This document shows positions 49,207-59,354 of a stretch of 64,000 bases of DNA, piece by piece. A program made the position numbers and the translations under genes. The DNA is from Planctomycetota bacterium. Lineage in GTDB: Bacteria; Planctomycetota; Phycisphaerae; Phycisphaerales; UBA5793. The number at the start of each line of letters is the position of its first letter. The stretch's first letter is position 1. The notes beneath the pieces are model-generated. The model was not told the DNA's origin, made no database searches, and saw only the letters and a program-made list of their open reading frames with translations. Where the stretch lies: NCBI GenBank assembly GCA_963205185.1, contig CAUJHZ010000025.1:74874-138873 (forward strand), written 5' to 3'.

Positions 49207-50742
49207 CTAGCGCGTCTCCTCGTCGCTTGGATTATGCCATGCACAACCCGATCTTGCCAGCAAATCTTCCGATTCCCGCGGCCCCCAGGAGCCCGGCGGG
49301 TAGTTTCCGGCGATGCCCCGACGCAGGCCGGGATCGAGAAAAGGCATGACGGCGCTCCATGCCCCCTCCACTTCATCCCGGTGCTTGAAGAGCGTCTGAT
49401 CGCCGCGCATCGCGTCAAGCAGCAGCGGCCCGTACGCCTCGATCGGCTCACCGCCGAAGCGGGCGAGGTAGTCGAAATCGAGTTTGATCGAGTCGATTCG
49501 CATGGCGCCGGGCACTTTGCCCTCGAAGCGCAGGCTGATTCCCTCGTCGGGCTGGATGTTGATGATGAGTCGATTGGGCGGACGCCGGACGCACTCGGGC
49601 TCGCCTTCGCAGATCGGGGTGAACAGATCGATGGGCGGCTCGCGAAAAGTCAGCACCACTTCGGTGAGTTTGCGGGCCATCGCCTTTCCAGTCCGCAGGA
49701 AAAACGGCACGCCTGACCAGCGCCAGTTGTCGATGTCCAGGCGAATGGCGGCGAACGTCTCGGTGGTCGAATCGGGCGCGACGCCTTTGCCCTCGCGGTA
49801 GGCGCCCGGGCCACCCGGGCCGGATCCGTATTGCCCGAAAGCGCATCGCAGCGGCGCCTCGTCCGGCGTCACCACGCGAATGCAATCGGTCACCTTGATC
49901 TTCTCGCGCCGGATGTGCGTATCCGCGTAGCGGCCCGGCGGCTCCATCGCCACCAGCGCCAGAACCTGCATGAGGTGGCTCTGGATCATGTCGCGCAGCG
50001 CGCCCGCATGGTCGTAGAACGCGCCGCGCGACTCGACGCCCACTTTCTCCGCTGCGGTGATCTGCACGTCCCGGATGTAGCGCCGATTCCAGAGTGGCTC
50101 GAAGATCGTGTTCGCGAACCGCAGCACCAGCAGGTTCTGCACGAGTTCCTTGCCGAGGTAATGGTCGATGCGGTAGATCGACTCTTCTTCAAACGCGCGG
50201 CCGAGCGCGCGATTCAGCGACTGGGCCGATCGCAGATCGACGCCGAAGGGCTTTTCGACGATGATGCGCTGCCAGGGAGCGGCGTCGCGATTAATGCTGC
50301 ACCAGCGCTTGCCCTCGGTCACCAGGCCGGACTGGTTGATGCACTCGATGATCCGCTCGTACAACTGCGGCGCGACGGACAGATAGAAAAGGATATTGCT
50401 CCCGCTGTCTTGCTCGGCCGAAGCGCGATCGATATCGCTCGAAATCTGCTCAAACGCCTCGGGCTCGGTCGCGTCTGCCGCGCAGTAGTAAATCGTCCGG
50501 GCGAATCGGGCCCAGCCGTCTTCCGTAAACCGCGTGGCGAAGCGCTCCGCCCACTCGCGCAGGTGTTGGCGGAAGTCGTCATCGCTCATCTCGGTCCGGC
50601 TCACGCCCAGTACCGCCAGACCCCGGGGCGTCTGGCCTCGCTGAAACAGATCGAACAGCGCGGGAATGATCTTGCGGCGCGTCAGATCGCCCGAAGCGCC
50701 GAAGACAACCAGGACACATGGGGCAGGAGCAGTCGGCTTCAT
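49207..50742 (-). CDS. zwf: Glucose-6-phosphate 1-dehydrogenase
   Basis: VVFGASGDLTRRKIIPALF, RIDHYLGKE and EKPFG motifs. 511 aa. Confidence 0.93.
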   Translation of the reverse strand: MKPTAPAPCVLVVFGASGDLTRRKIIPALFDLFQRGQTPRGLAVLGVSRTEMSDDDFRQHLREWAERFATRFTEDGWARFARTIYYCAADATEPEAFEQISSDIDRASAEQDSGSNILFYLSVAPQLYERIIECINQSGLVTEGKRWCSINRDAAPWQRIIVEKPFGVDLRSAQSLNRALGRAFEEESIYRIDHYLGKELVQNLLVLRFANTIFEPLWNRRYIRDVQITAAEKVGVESRGAFYDHAGALRDMIQSHLMQVLALVAMEPPGRYADTHIRREKIKVTDCIRVVTPDEAPLRCAFGQYGSGPGGPGAYREGKGVAPDSTTETFAAIRLDIDNWRWSGVPFFLRTGKAMARKLTEVVLTFREPPIDLFTPICEGEPECVRRPPNRLIINIQPDEGISLRFEGKVPGAMRIDSIKLDFDYLARFGGEPIEAYGPLLLDAMRGDQTLFKHRDEVEGAWSAVMPFLDPGLRRGIAGNYPPGSWGPRESEDLLARSGCAWHNPSDEETR

Positions 50743-50798
50743 CAGGGTTCACTCATGGATCCGGGACTTTGGACGATAGCCCCCGGCGCACCCGCAGG

Positions 50799-51311
50799 TC
50801 ATTCGATACGAAGCAGTGCCGAACACGGCGAATCCGGCCCAAGGATGTCGCGCCGCAGTTCCTCGATGGCGGCCCGCTGGCCCGGCCAGACGAAACATCG
50901 GCGCGCCTCACCCTCCGGCACCCAGCGGTGCGCCTCGTGTTCGCCGTTCAACTTCGGCTCCCAGTCCGCGCTCACTTCCGCCGCAAATCGCGGGCACAGC
51001 AACACGGCGTTAATCGAGGCGATGTAGAAGGGGTAAACCTGCTCCAGCTGCCAGAGACCGAGGCGCGAGCCGCGCGTCAAGGCCGTCTCCTCGAGCATCT
51101 CGCGCCGAATGGCGTCGAGCGCCGTTTCGTTCGCCTCGATGTGGCCGAGCACTGGTTGCCACGTCGCCGGCGAGACCGCCGCAGTCCTGCTGCGCAGCAG
51201 TTGCAGCAGTTCGATGCCTTGCGAGTTGGTCCTGCGGAAGATGAATGCTTCGACGATGTCGGTGCGGACAGCCGCGCCGACTGAATCACGGGGACCGCTT
51301 CGCTCAGCCAT
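50799..51311 (-). CDS. NUDIX hydrolase (possibly NudB-like dihydroneopterin triphosphate pyrophosphatase)
   Basis: Start at ATG 51309-51311. Nudix box GHIEANETALDAIRREMLEETAL. It overlaps the pabB-like stop by 8 nt. The NudB assignment rests on context only. Confidence 0.7.
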   Translation of the reverse strand: MAERSGPRDSVGAAVRTDIVEAFIFRRTNSQGIELLQLLRSRTAAVSPATWQPVLGHIEANETALDAIRREMLEETALTRGSRLGLWQLEQVYPFYIASINAVLLCPRFAAEVSADWEPKLNGEHEAHRWVPEGEARRCFVWPGQRAAIEELRRDILGPDSPCSALLRIE

Positions 51312-52695
51312 GAATGAGCGCCTTCCCGGCGTCCACGGCTTGCGCGAGCGGCTGGCGCGGCGGCGCAGCAAGCCCCTGCACGACCGCGGTCTTGGCGACC
51401 ATCTCTTCGCACTCGCGGCTCGGATCCGAATCGGCGACGATTCCCGCCCCCGCCGCGTACGTCGCCTCCCGCCCCTCGATGGTCATCGTGCGGATGGCGA
51501 CGTTGAGGGCGATGCGGTCGGCTCCGATGTAGCCGATCGAGCCGCAATACGGCCCGCGCGCAAAGGGCTCGAGTTCATCGATGATCTGCATGGCGCGAAT
51601 CTTGGGTGCTCCCGTAATCGATCCCGCGGGAAAAACGGCGCCGATGAGTTCGGCCAGCCGCGTCGATTCGCGCAACCGGCCTTCGATCGTCGCCACGCCG
51701 TGGTGCACGGTCGGATGCGACTCGATCGCACGCCGCTGCGACACGCGCACCGAGCGGAATTCGCACACCCGGCCGAGGTCGTTTCGCATGAGATCGACGA
51801 TCATGTTCAGCTCCGCCTCGTCCTTGTCGCTCTGCTCCAGCGCCGAGCGCTGCGCCGAGGCGCGGGCGGTGCCCTTGAGAGGTCGCGTGAGGATGCCTCG
51901 ACTGCGGCGATCCACTTCGATGAACAACTCGGGCGAGAGCGACAAGACCTGCCGATCTGCAGCGCACTCGATGTAGGCCGAGTACCAGTTCGGCGCTGCC
52001 CGCCAGGCTGCCGCCGCCAGCTCGCGAGGTCCGACATTCAGCCGCGACACAAACTGGCGCGCAATATTGGCCTGAAAGATGTCGCCGGCGCGAATGTACT
52101 CGATCGTCCGGGCGATAGACTCTTCGATTTCGCCCTGCGACTGGACAGCCCGCCATGGGTCAAGCGGCGCTGCACTGCTCAACATCGCCGGCTCGCCGAG
52201 CGCCAGCGACGCGCGCAATTCGTCATCGTCGATGCATTCGCACCGGCTCAGATCGGCGCGGCGCCAGCATTGCCTCTCCGCATCGTGCACAAAGACAACC
52301 GGACACCACATCCACTCGTAGAGCGGCCACGCAGGCCGCTTACCCGCGCGTGCGGCCGACGCCCGAGGCTCGATCGACCGGCCCAGGTCGTAGGACAGAT
52401 ACCCGATCCACCCTCCCCGCCACGCCGACTCCACGCCGGTGAACGACCGCGGCGATGGGTTCAGGCGTTCATCAAGCCACTGCAGATCGCTGAGCGGGTC
52501 ATGAGAAAACTTTGCAGCAGTGCCGCACGTGCCGTCGAGCGATTGCCAGCAGGTGCGGCCGCCGCAATGGCTGAAGACGCCCGCCGGCTGGGCGACGATC
52601 GACCAGCGCGACCAGCGCGGGTGCAGCCGCCCCGAATTGAGGATGACCAGAGGGCGATGCGCCGGCGCGGCCAGCAGCACATCAATGACATTCAC
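51304..52695 (-). CDS. pabB: Chorismate-utilising enzyme, aminodeoxychorismate synthase component I-like
   Basis: A C-terminal chorismate-binding core (LFPAGSITGAPKIRAMQIIDELE, RGPYCGSIGY, GAGIVADSDP). At 463 aa with no adjacent trp genes, PabB is favoured over TrpE, but this is not proven. Confidence 0.7.
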   Translation of the reverse strand: MNVIDVLLAAPAHRPLVILNSGRLHPRWSRWSIVAQPAGVFSHCGGRTCWQSLDGTCGTAAKFSHDPLSDLQWLDERLNPSPRSFTGVESAWRGGWIGYLSYDLGRSIEPRASAARAGKRPAWPLYEWMWCPVVFVHDAERQCWRRADLSRCECIDDDELRASLALGEPAMLSSAAPLDPWRAVQSQGEIEESIARTIEYIRAGDIFQANIARQFVSRLNVGPRELAAAAWRAAPNWYSAYIECAADRQVLSLSPELFIEVDRRSRGILTRPLKGTARASAQRSALEQSDKDEAELNMIVDLMRNDLGRVCEFRSVRVSQRRAIESHPTVHHGVATIEGRLRESTRLAELIGAVFPAGSITGAPKIRAMQIIDELEPFARGPYCGSIGYIGADRIALNVAIRTMTIEGREATYAAGAGIVADSDPSRECEEMVAKTAVVQGLAAPPRQPLAQAVDAGKALIHG

Positions 52696-52696
52696 G

Positions 52697-55447
52697 TCAG
52701 AACGCGGAATCGGCGTAGACGAGTTTGACGTTGGATGGATCGCGGCCGTGCTCCTCGAAGAGGACGAGTTCGTTCGGCTCGTCGTACTTCACCCAGGACT
52801 CCGGCAGATAATAGCGTTCCTGCGGCCCAACCTTCTGGCCCGAGTGCGTCCCGACGAAGTAGCGGCCGATGTTGCGCCCGTTGAGGTAGATCTGCCCCTT
52901 GCTCAGGCCGTTGGGCTCGACCCACAAGGCCCGCGGGGCTTCCGAGCACGAGAACGTCGTGCGATACCACGCCGGCCGGCCGGCGAGCGCCTTGGCTCGA
53001 TTCTTGTCGTGCACCTTGAACAGGTTCGGTCGCGGCTGCTCCCACTTCGCAAAAGACCACGTCGCCTTGTCGGTGAGCACGGACTTGGAGTCGTAGAAGC
53101 GCACCGCGCTTTCGAGTTCCTGCTCGCCGCCGGCGTGGAGCGGCGCGAGCTGAAACGTGTTGCGACCCTTGCGCAGGCCGCCGGCTTCATCGAGGACGAG
53201 GTGGATCAGCGGCCGGCCCGTCTGGCCGGAGTAGAAGCCGATGCACTGGTCGTTGAGCAGGATCAGCGCCGGCGTGTGAGCGCCGCCGATTTCGACGATG
53301 AGCGCCGACTTGGTGCGATGCTCGAATGACCACTGCACGTCATGCCCGGTTGTCACGTCGCCGTTGTGCAGACCTTCGAGGTAGGAGCGAACGTCGAACG
53401 GCCGGCGCGGCGGAGTCGGCACGACCTTGGGCTTGCCCACGCGCTTGGGCTTGATCTCGTGCAGGTGCTGCGTGAGGCCCTTGCCTTCGTGCATGTCGTT
53501 GCCGCCTGCAAAGCGGCCGAGATTGTCGATGAGCGCCACGAGCGTGCCGTTGCGGCCGGCTGGAAGCGCGATGTCGGCGATGGCGCCGGTGGCGCCGGGG
53601 CCGTAGCCGAGAATCGACTTGAGTTGTCCCTTGACGTAGAGGTGCACCCGGTCGCCGGCGCCCGGCGCGAGGATCTTCATCTTGCGGCGGGGCCACTTGT
53701 GGTTCACGATGCGTATCAGCCCGTAGCCCGAGCCCGCCGCACACTGCTCCTGCGTGCTCGGACCGTCGATCGTGGCGAAGCGGGGCGCTTTGCCCGTGAT
53801 GTGATCGTCCATGCCCGCCGACGTCCACTCGGTCATGGTCGCGCGCGGCGAGCGGCGCGGGGGCGGCTCGGTGGGGATGGCCTCGTGCTCGCCGCTGCCC
53901 TGAATGATGAAGTGCTGACTCCAGGCGCCTGCCGGAATGTGCTTGCCCTGCGCATCGAAGCCTTCGATGCCGACGTAGGCGGTGTCGCCCTTGACGTAGG
54001 TGTAGTCGATGGCCTCCTCATTGCACACGACGATCGTCATGTCCTCGTGGAATTCGACCGCCGGCGTCTGGCTCGATGGCACCTCGATTTCGATCACGCT
54101 GTAGTTGATGCTGAGCAGGCCGCGCGAACCGGCCGGGCCGTAGAGGACCAGCAGGTTCTTGCCGTTGCCCGCGAATGCGTTGAGGTTGGTCCAGTCGAGC
54201 TTGGCCCGCCCGCCGACGTGGGTATTGAGCAGGCACCACGCCACGGGCTGCACGCCGAAATGAATGGGCACGGCGCGCCCGTTGGGCAGAAGGATGGTCG
54301 TCGAGTCTGATCGCGTGTGGTCGTCGGCGAATACGAAGACGAGTTCGCCCTGCGCCCCGCCAAGATGCACGACCGAGTACCCGGGTCGGCTGACCTTTCG
54401 GCCGCTCTTTTCGGGCATCACGCCGAGCACCGCGCCGCCGGGCGACGGCTGGAGATTGGCGAAGACGCGCGCGAACTGCGACGCAAAGAAGCAGATCTTG
54501 CGCACAGCGAGGTACGACGGCCTGACGGCGCCGGATTCGCCGAGCGGTGCGCCGCTGTCGTTGGAGGTCGCGACGTATCGGTCAGTGGCGCCGGGGAGTC
54601 GGGCGCCGTCAAAGGCGAAGTTCGTTCCACCGTGGAACGGCGCAAGATTGAACTGCGCCCCCGCCGCGAGAACCTGCGCCAGTTCGTGAATCAGCGTCGG
54701 CGGCGCCATCGGAGGCGTCTGCGGCACATTCCAGCAGTCGGCGTGACCCATCCAGTAGTCGCCGACGATGAGCGGCCGGTTCGGCTGAATGGCGCGCAAT
54801 TGGCGCAGATTCATCAGCATGTTCTCGCGCCCGCTCCAGGTGTCAATCGTCTCTTCACGGCGCTGCCACAGGTTGTTCGTGTTGATGAGCGGCAGGTCGA
54901 AGTCGTGCTCGCGAATGAAGCGCGCGATCTCGTGCAGGTATGCGTCCGCCGCCTCCTGATTGCCGCAGTGCCACTCGTGCTCCACCTGCACGAGCACGAT
55001 CGGCCCGCCGGAGCGGCCGGAAAACGGCGAGAGCACTTTGAGCAGCTTGCCAAAGTAGCGGCTCGACGCTTCGAGGAACGGAGCAGCACCCTGGCGCACC
55101 TTCAGATCCGGCTCGGCCAGCAGCCAGGAGGGCATCCCGCCGAGGTCATACTCGCCGCCGATGTACGGCCCGGGACGCAGAATGCACTTGAGCCCATGCT
55201 CGCTGATCATCTTCACGAACGACGCGACATCGGCCTGATCTTCGAAGTAATACTCGCCCTTGCGCGGCTCGTGCAGAGCCCAGGGGCAGCGCACCAGAAT
55301 CGTGTTCAGACCGGCGGCCGCCGCCATGCGGATCCGGTCGCCCCAGAGTGCCCGCGGGACTCGAAAGTAATCGATCGTCCCGCTGACGATCCAGAACCGC
55401 CGTCCATCGATGAGAAGAGATTGCCCATCGTGCGTGACAGTTGCCAT
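52697..55447 (-). CDS. Glycoside hydrolase family 35 beta-galactosidase (long form)
   Basis: The N-terminus LLIDGRRFWIVSGTIDYFRVPRALWGDRIRMAAAAGLNTI...RPGPYIGGEYDLGGMPSWL is characteristic of GH35. 916 aa. Confidence 0.85.
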   Translation of the reverse strand: MATVTHDGQSLLIDGRRFWIVSGTIDYFRVPRALWGDRIRMAAAAGLNTILVRCPWALHEPRKGEYYFEDQADVASFVKMISEHGLKCILRPGPYIGGEYDLGGMPSWLLAEPDLKVRQGAAPFLEASSRYFGKLLKVLSPFSGRSGGPIVLVQVEHEWHCGNQEAADAYLHEIARFIREHDFDLPLINTNNLWQRREETIDTWSGRENMLMNLRQLRAIQPNRPLIVGDYWMGHADCWNVPQTPPMAPPTLIHELAQVLAAGAQFNLAPFHGGTNFAFDGARLPGATDRYVATSNDSGAPLGESGAVRPSYLAVRKICFFASQFARVFANLQPSPGGAVLGVMPEKSGRKVSRPGYSVVHLGGAQGELVFVFADDHTRSDSTTILLPNGRAVPIHFGVQPVAWCLLNTHVGGRAKLDWTNLNAFAGNGKNLLVLYGPAGSRGLLSINYSVIEIEVPSSQTPAVEFHEDMTIVVCNEEAIDYTYVKGDTAYVGIEGFDAQGKHIPAGAWSQHFIIQGSGEHEAIPTEPPPRRSPRATMTEWTSAGMDDHITGKAPRFATIDGPSTQEQCAAGSGYGLIRIVNHKWPRRKMKILAPGAGDRVHLYVKGQLKSILGYGPGATGAIADIALPAGRNGTLVALIDNLGRFAGGNDMHEGKGLTQHLHEIKPKRVGKPKVVPTPPRRPFDVRSYLEGLHNGDVTTGHDVQWSFEHRTKSALIVEIGGAHTPALILLNDQCIGFYSGQTGRPLIHLVLDEAGGLRKGRNTFQLAPLHAGGEQELESAVRFYDSKSVLTDKATWSFAKWEQPRPNLFKVHDKNRAKALAGRPAWYRTTFSCSEAPRALWVEPNGLSKGQIYLNGRNIGRYFVGTHSGQKVGPQERYYLPESWVKYDEPNELVLFEEHGRDPSNVKLVYADSAF

Positions 55448-55795
55448 AGTTTTTCCCGGATTCGGAGCGTGTTTGGTTTTTGTTTTGAATGACTTCGATC
55501 GCCCGCTCTGGAAGAGGATTCATAAGTCAATTGTTTCCAATGACTTGTGAGCCCGATCGGGCCGCTCTCGACGTGAAAGCATAGGCAACAGTTCAAAAAG
55601 TCCAGTCCGATTGCGTTTTTTTTCACGAAGCGCCGCCGCGGCTGCGGAACCGTTGCAGCACCATGATGCAGGCGCGCCAGGGCAGGATCAGGTCTGCACC
55701 TGAGGAGGCGAGCGGCTTCAGTCGCGCAAAGACGCGGGCGGAGGGTCTTGCGACCCCCTGCCCGCGGCTGCGAAGAAGGCTCAGCGACAAGCCGC

Positions 55796-56491
55796 TCAGT
55801 CGCAATGGCGGAAGTACCGATTGGGGGGCACGTTGCTCGGGCAGTCCGCACAGCCACCCTCGCCGATGGCGAGCACGTCACAGATCCGCTGGTCGCAGTT
55901 TTGCGAGAAGCGGATGCTGACTCGCTTGGATCGATGGCGCGTGCAGCGGGCCTGATGGTTCTGGTTCTCACACAGCACGCAGATGGTGTCCAGCGCGCGA
56001 AGTCCCAATGCGGGACAATCCTTGACGAGTTGGTACCGGCAGTACTGATTGCCATCCGGTCCGCCACCATTGGGGCCGAATCCGCCGGGAACCAGAATCA
56101 GCGTTTCTGTGCCGACGACTTCGACGTTGCTCTTGCGGCAGGTCGCCACATCCACCGCCTGCGCAAGAACGCTTCCACACAGCGGCTCGACGACGGTGCC
56201 GGACAGGCTCGCGTTGCCATTGGCGTCGGCCGTCGCGACTCCAGCGAGCCGGGCGGCGTTGAGGTCAACGACCAGGCCAGGACAGTTGGGGACCGGCGTG
56301 AGGCCTGGATCGCGGCCGTACGCGAAGCCCACGCGTCCACCGGGAGTGGCGTTGGAAACGGACAACGTCACGACACCGGGGCAAGCACCCGAGTTCGTAA
56401 GCTGGAGTTCCTGTGCGAAGGCCGGTCCGGCGAGCAGCATGGTTGCGCCGGCAGCCAGACAAATCCATCTGTTCATGAGTTTACGAAGCAT
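55796..56491 (-). CDS. Secreted Cys-rich hypothetical protein
   Basis: Start at ATG 56489-56491 preceded by AAGGAG. Signal peptide MLRKLMNRWICLAAGATMLLAGPAFA. The C-terminal ~90 aa contain many Cys. The rest of the 709-aa track ORF is antisense to hmgA and was rejected. Confidence 0.65.
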   Translation of the reverse strand: MLRKLMNRWICLAAGATMLLAGPAFAQELQLTNSGACPGVVTLSVSNATPGGRVGFAYGRDPGLTPVPNCPGLVVDLNAARLAGVATADANGNASLSGTVVEPLCGSVLAQAVDVATCRKSNVEVVGTETLILVPGGFGPNGGGPDGNQYCRYQLVKDCPALGLRALDTICVLCENQNHQARCTRHRSKRVSIRFSQNCDQRICDVLAIGEGGCADCPSNVPPNRYFRHCD

Positions 56492-56701
56492 CTGCAATCT
56501 CCTTTGATGCGGGAATCGGCGGTTGAAGGCGGTTGACGATCGACCGCCCCTTCCACCTGAACTCGCCGCCGCCCGAAGGAGGGGACAATGCGATCTGCTA
56601 TTTCGGCATTGGCGGCGCCGATCACGGTCGGCGAGGCGCGGCTGCTCGGCGAGCGCTGGCGGCGCGATTCGGTATAATTCAAGAACAGACGCTTCAAATA
56701 C

Positions 56702-57991
56702 GTGGAGACCGCCATGCCCTTCTACACGCGACTCGGCGAGCTGCCCAAGGCCCGCCACACGCAGTTCCGCCGCCCTGATGGCGCGCTCTATTCCGAAGAA
56801 CTCTTCGGCACCGAGGGCTTCGTCGGACCGACGTCCACCATGTACCACATCCATCCGCCGACGCAGGTAACCGGCTGGAAAACGCTGTACTCGACAAAGC
56901 CCGAATACGTCGAGGTGGACACCATGCGCATGCGCCACCTCAAGACCATGCCCATGAAGCCCAAGGGCGATCCGATCACCGGCCGCGTGATACTGTTCGG
57001 CAACGCCGACTGCGAGATGTCCATCTGCGTACCCAGCGACCCGATGGATTACCACTTCAAGAACGGCCAGGGCGACGAGTGCCTGTTCATCCATTACGGC
57101 AGCGGCACGCTCTACACGAGTTTCGGCACGCTCAAGTTCGGGCCCAAGGACTACATCATCATTCCCAAGGGCATCGTGTATCGCATGGTATTCGATAAGC
57201 CCAGGTCCAAGGACGAGCCGCACCCGCGATTCCTCTGCATTGAAACCGTCAACGGATCGCACATCCTCCCGCCGCCGCGCTATCTGAGCAAGAAGACGGC
57301 GCAGTTTCTCGAACACGCACCCTACTGCGAGCGCGACCTGCGCCTGCCTCAACTGCCACTGACGTATGACGAGCGCGGCGAATTCGAGGTGCGCATCAAG
57401 GCGCGCAACTGCGTGCATTCCTACACCTATTCGTACCACCCGCTGGACATCGTGGGCTGGGACGGCTGCTACTACCCGTACATTTTCAACATCGACGACT
57501 TCGCGCCCATCACGGGCAAACTGCACATGCCACCGCCGATTCACCAGACGTTCGAAGCGCACAACTTCGTCATCTGCTCGTTCTGCCCGCGCCTGCTCGA
57601 CTGGCATCCCGAAGCGATCCCCGTGCCCTACAACCACAGCAACCTCGACTCGGACGAAGTTCTGTACTACGTCGAAGGGAATTACAAGGCGCGCAAGGGA
57701 ATCGAGATCGGCTCCATCACCGCGCATCCGCAGGGCATTCCCCACGGCCCGCACCCCGGCACCGTCGAGAAAAGTCTCGGCGCCAAGTTCACCAACGAAC
57801 TGGCGGTCATGTGCGATACATTCCGTCCGCTGTTTCCAACCAGAGCGGCGCTCGATCTCGACGACTCGAAGTACCCCGCCAGCTGGCAGGGCGAGCACTT
57901 CTCGACGGGCAGCCGCAACGGCCATCCGGAGGGGAACGCCGGCGCGCCCGACGCGGCCGATGGAAGCGAGCCCGTCACGACTTGGACGTGA
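56702..57991 (+). CDS. hmgA: Homogentisate 1,2-dioxygenase
   Basis: PFYTRLGELPKARHTQFRRPDGALYSEELFGTEGF resembles the bacterial HGD N-terminus from memory, and the cupin-like core has HSNLDSDEVLYYVEG. The start could be ATG 56714 instead. Confidence 0.75.
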   Translation: METAMPFYTRLGELPKARHTQFRRPDGALYSEELFGTEGFVGPTSTMYHIHPPTQVTGWKTLYSTKPEYVEVDTMRMRHLKTMPMKPKGDPITGRVILFGNADCEMSICVPSDPMDYHFKNGQGDECLFIHYGSGTLYTSFGTLKFGPKDYIIIPKGIVYRMVFDKPRSKDEPHPRFLCIETVNGSHILPPPRYLSKKTAQFLEHAPYCERDLRLPQLPLTYDERGEFEVRIKARNCVHSYTYSYHPLDIVGWDGCYYPYIFNIDDFAPITGKLHMPPPIHQTFEAHNFVICSFCPRLLDWHPEAIPVPYNHSNLDSDEVLYYVEGNYKARKGIEIGSITAHPQGIPHGPHPGTVEKSLGAKFTNELAVMCDTFRPLFPTRAALDLDDSKYPASWQGEHFSTGSRNGHPEGNAGAPDAADGSEPVTTWT

Positions 57992-58004
57992 GTTAGCTGA
58001 AGGT

Positions 58005-59354
58005 TCAGTCGCCGCCGATGGGTGAAGGCAGGCGCACGACGTCGATCACGCCGCGCAGATGCACCCCCGGCGCGACCTGCTCGTCGCGCGCCGCAGCGGC
58101 ATCGACAAAGCGATATCCCCCCACCGCCGCTACGCGACGCTCGTCAAGCCGGATCCACTGCCGCCGGCTGAACGGCGCCGCCTCGCGAGGCAGCGGCAGC
58201 GCAAAGAGGCGTGCGCCGCCGCGCCGGATCATTCGGCCGGTGGCCACGGAGGAAATGGCGTCGGTGCGGCGCGATTCGCCGCCAAATATGACGATGCTTC
58301 CGTCGATCGCATCGACAAAGCACGAAGCCGCCGCGACGCCGCCGGTCAGTTGAAGTTCGGGCCCCGGAGAGATGGTCTCGTGCGAATCGAGCCACCACGA
58401 CGCGGCCAGCGACTCACCCGTCTCGCAGCTCTCCCCGCCGATGAGCAGGATGCGCCCATCGGCGTTCACCGCGGCGCACCCGTGCGCGAGGGCGCTGGGC
58501 AATTGCGCCGACCAGAGGTGACTGACGCTGTCAGCAAGATCGACTTCTTCGACCGTGCCTTCGCCTTCGCCGCCGATGATCAGCACAACGAGCCGCGACG
58601 GGTACGTCGGTTCGTGATGCTCCCTGGGAACTGCCACCTTCTGCGGCTCCATCGTGGCGCCGATGCTGGCGCCGCGAGCCGTCGGAAACTGGTCGATCGA
58701 CAACTCCTGCTCGACGATCTCGAATTCGCGCTCTTCCGAACCCGCGGCCAGTGAGGGCGGCGGATCGGGATACACCGTGCGCGTCCAAAGCACGCTGCAG
58801 TGATGGCGGCGCGGGCGCTGCAGGCGGATGGCCTCGGTGAAAGCGCCGACTTGCGGATCGAAAAGGCGCACCCACGATGCGCCAACCACCGCCACGCGGC
58901 CGTCGGGCAGCAGATGCGCCGTGTGACCCGTGAGCGGTTCGCCGAGCGAAATGAACTCCGAGCCGGCCATCAGGGGGTGGAACACCTCGGCGCTGGCCAG
59001 GGCGGTGGGAGGCATCGGTGCGTCAGGCCGCAGCGAGCCCTGGACGCCGCCCACGACGAGTATGCGGCCGTCGGGCAGCGTCGTCTGCGTGTGTCGGGCG
59101 CGGGGCTCGGCCAGTTGCGTCCCGATCGGCCGCCAGCCGCGCGATTCGTGCCGGACCTGAATGGCCGGCGTGGAGTCGAGCTGCGCATCGAAGCCTCCGC
59201 TGATCACGAGCCACTCGTCGCTCACTCCGGCGCCGGCTTCGAACACCGCCAGCGGCATGGGATCAAGCGTGGACCAGCGCAGAGGCAGCGTGGGAGGTGG
59301 CGAGGACGCAGCCGCCACTTGAGCCAGTGCGCAAAGTGTGATCTGAATGAGCAT
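58005..59354 (-). CDS. Kelch-repeat beta-propeller protein, secreted
   Basis: Signal peptide, then repeated R-x-x-H/.. LPDGRILVVGG / LLPDGRVAVVG / NADGRILLIGG / IDGSIVIFGG blades. Confidence 0.7.
   Translation of the reverse strand: MLIQITLCALAQVAAASSPPPTLPLRWSTLDPMPLAVFEAGAGVSDEWLVISGGFDAQLDSTPAIQVRHESRGWRPIGTQLAEPRARHTQTTLPDGRILVVGGVQGSLRPDAPMPPTALASAEVFHPLMAGSEFISLGEPLTGHTAHLLPDGRVAVVGASWVRLFDPQVGAFTEAIRLQRPRRHHCSVLWTRTVYPDPPPSLAAGSEEREFEIVEQELSIDQFPTARGASIGATMEPQKVAVPREHHEPTYPSRLVVLIIGGEGEGTVEEVDLADSVSHLWSAQLPSALAHGCAAVNADGRILLIGGESCETGESLAASWWLDSHETISPGPELQLTGGVAAASCFVDAIDGSIVIFGGESRRTDAISSVATGRMIRRGGARLFALPLPREAAPFSRRQWIRLDERRVAAVGGYRFVDAAAARDEQVAPGVHLRGVIDVVRLPSPIGGD

Noticed and set aside
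48502-55492. Long plus-strand ORFs 48502..49716, 49831..51027, 51109..52728, 52520..53329, 53342..54310 and 54317..55492
   Set aside because: They are antisense to pgl, zwf, the NUDIX gene, the pabB-like gene and the GH35 gene, all of which carry diagnostic motifs.
55448-55795. Rho-independent terminator or small RNA around the T8 run at ~55611-55625
   Set aside because: No convincing GC-rich hairpin flanks the T/A run on either strand. The AT-rich stretch is more simply the GH35 promoter region.
56492-57925. Upstream part of the 709-aa minus-strand ORF 55796..57925
   Set aside because: It is antisense to the homogentisate dioxygenase gene and has shadow-ORF composition. A signal peptide and AAGGAG mark the true start at 56491.
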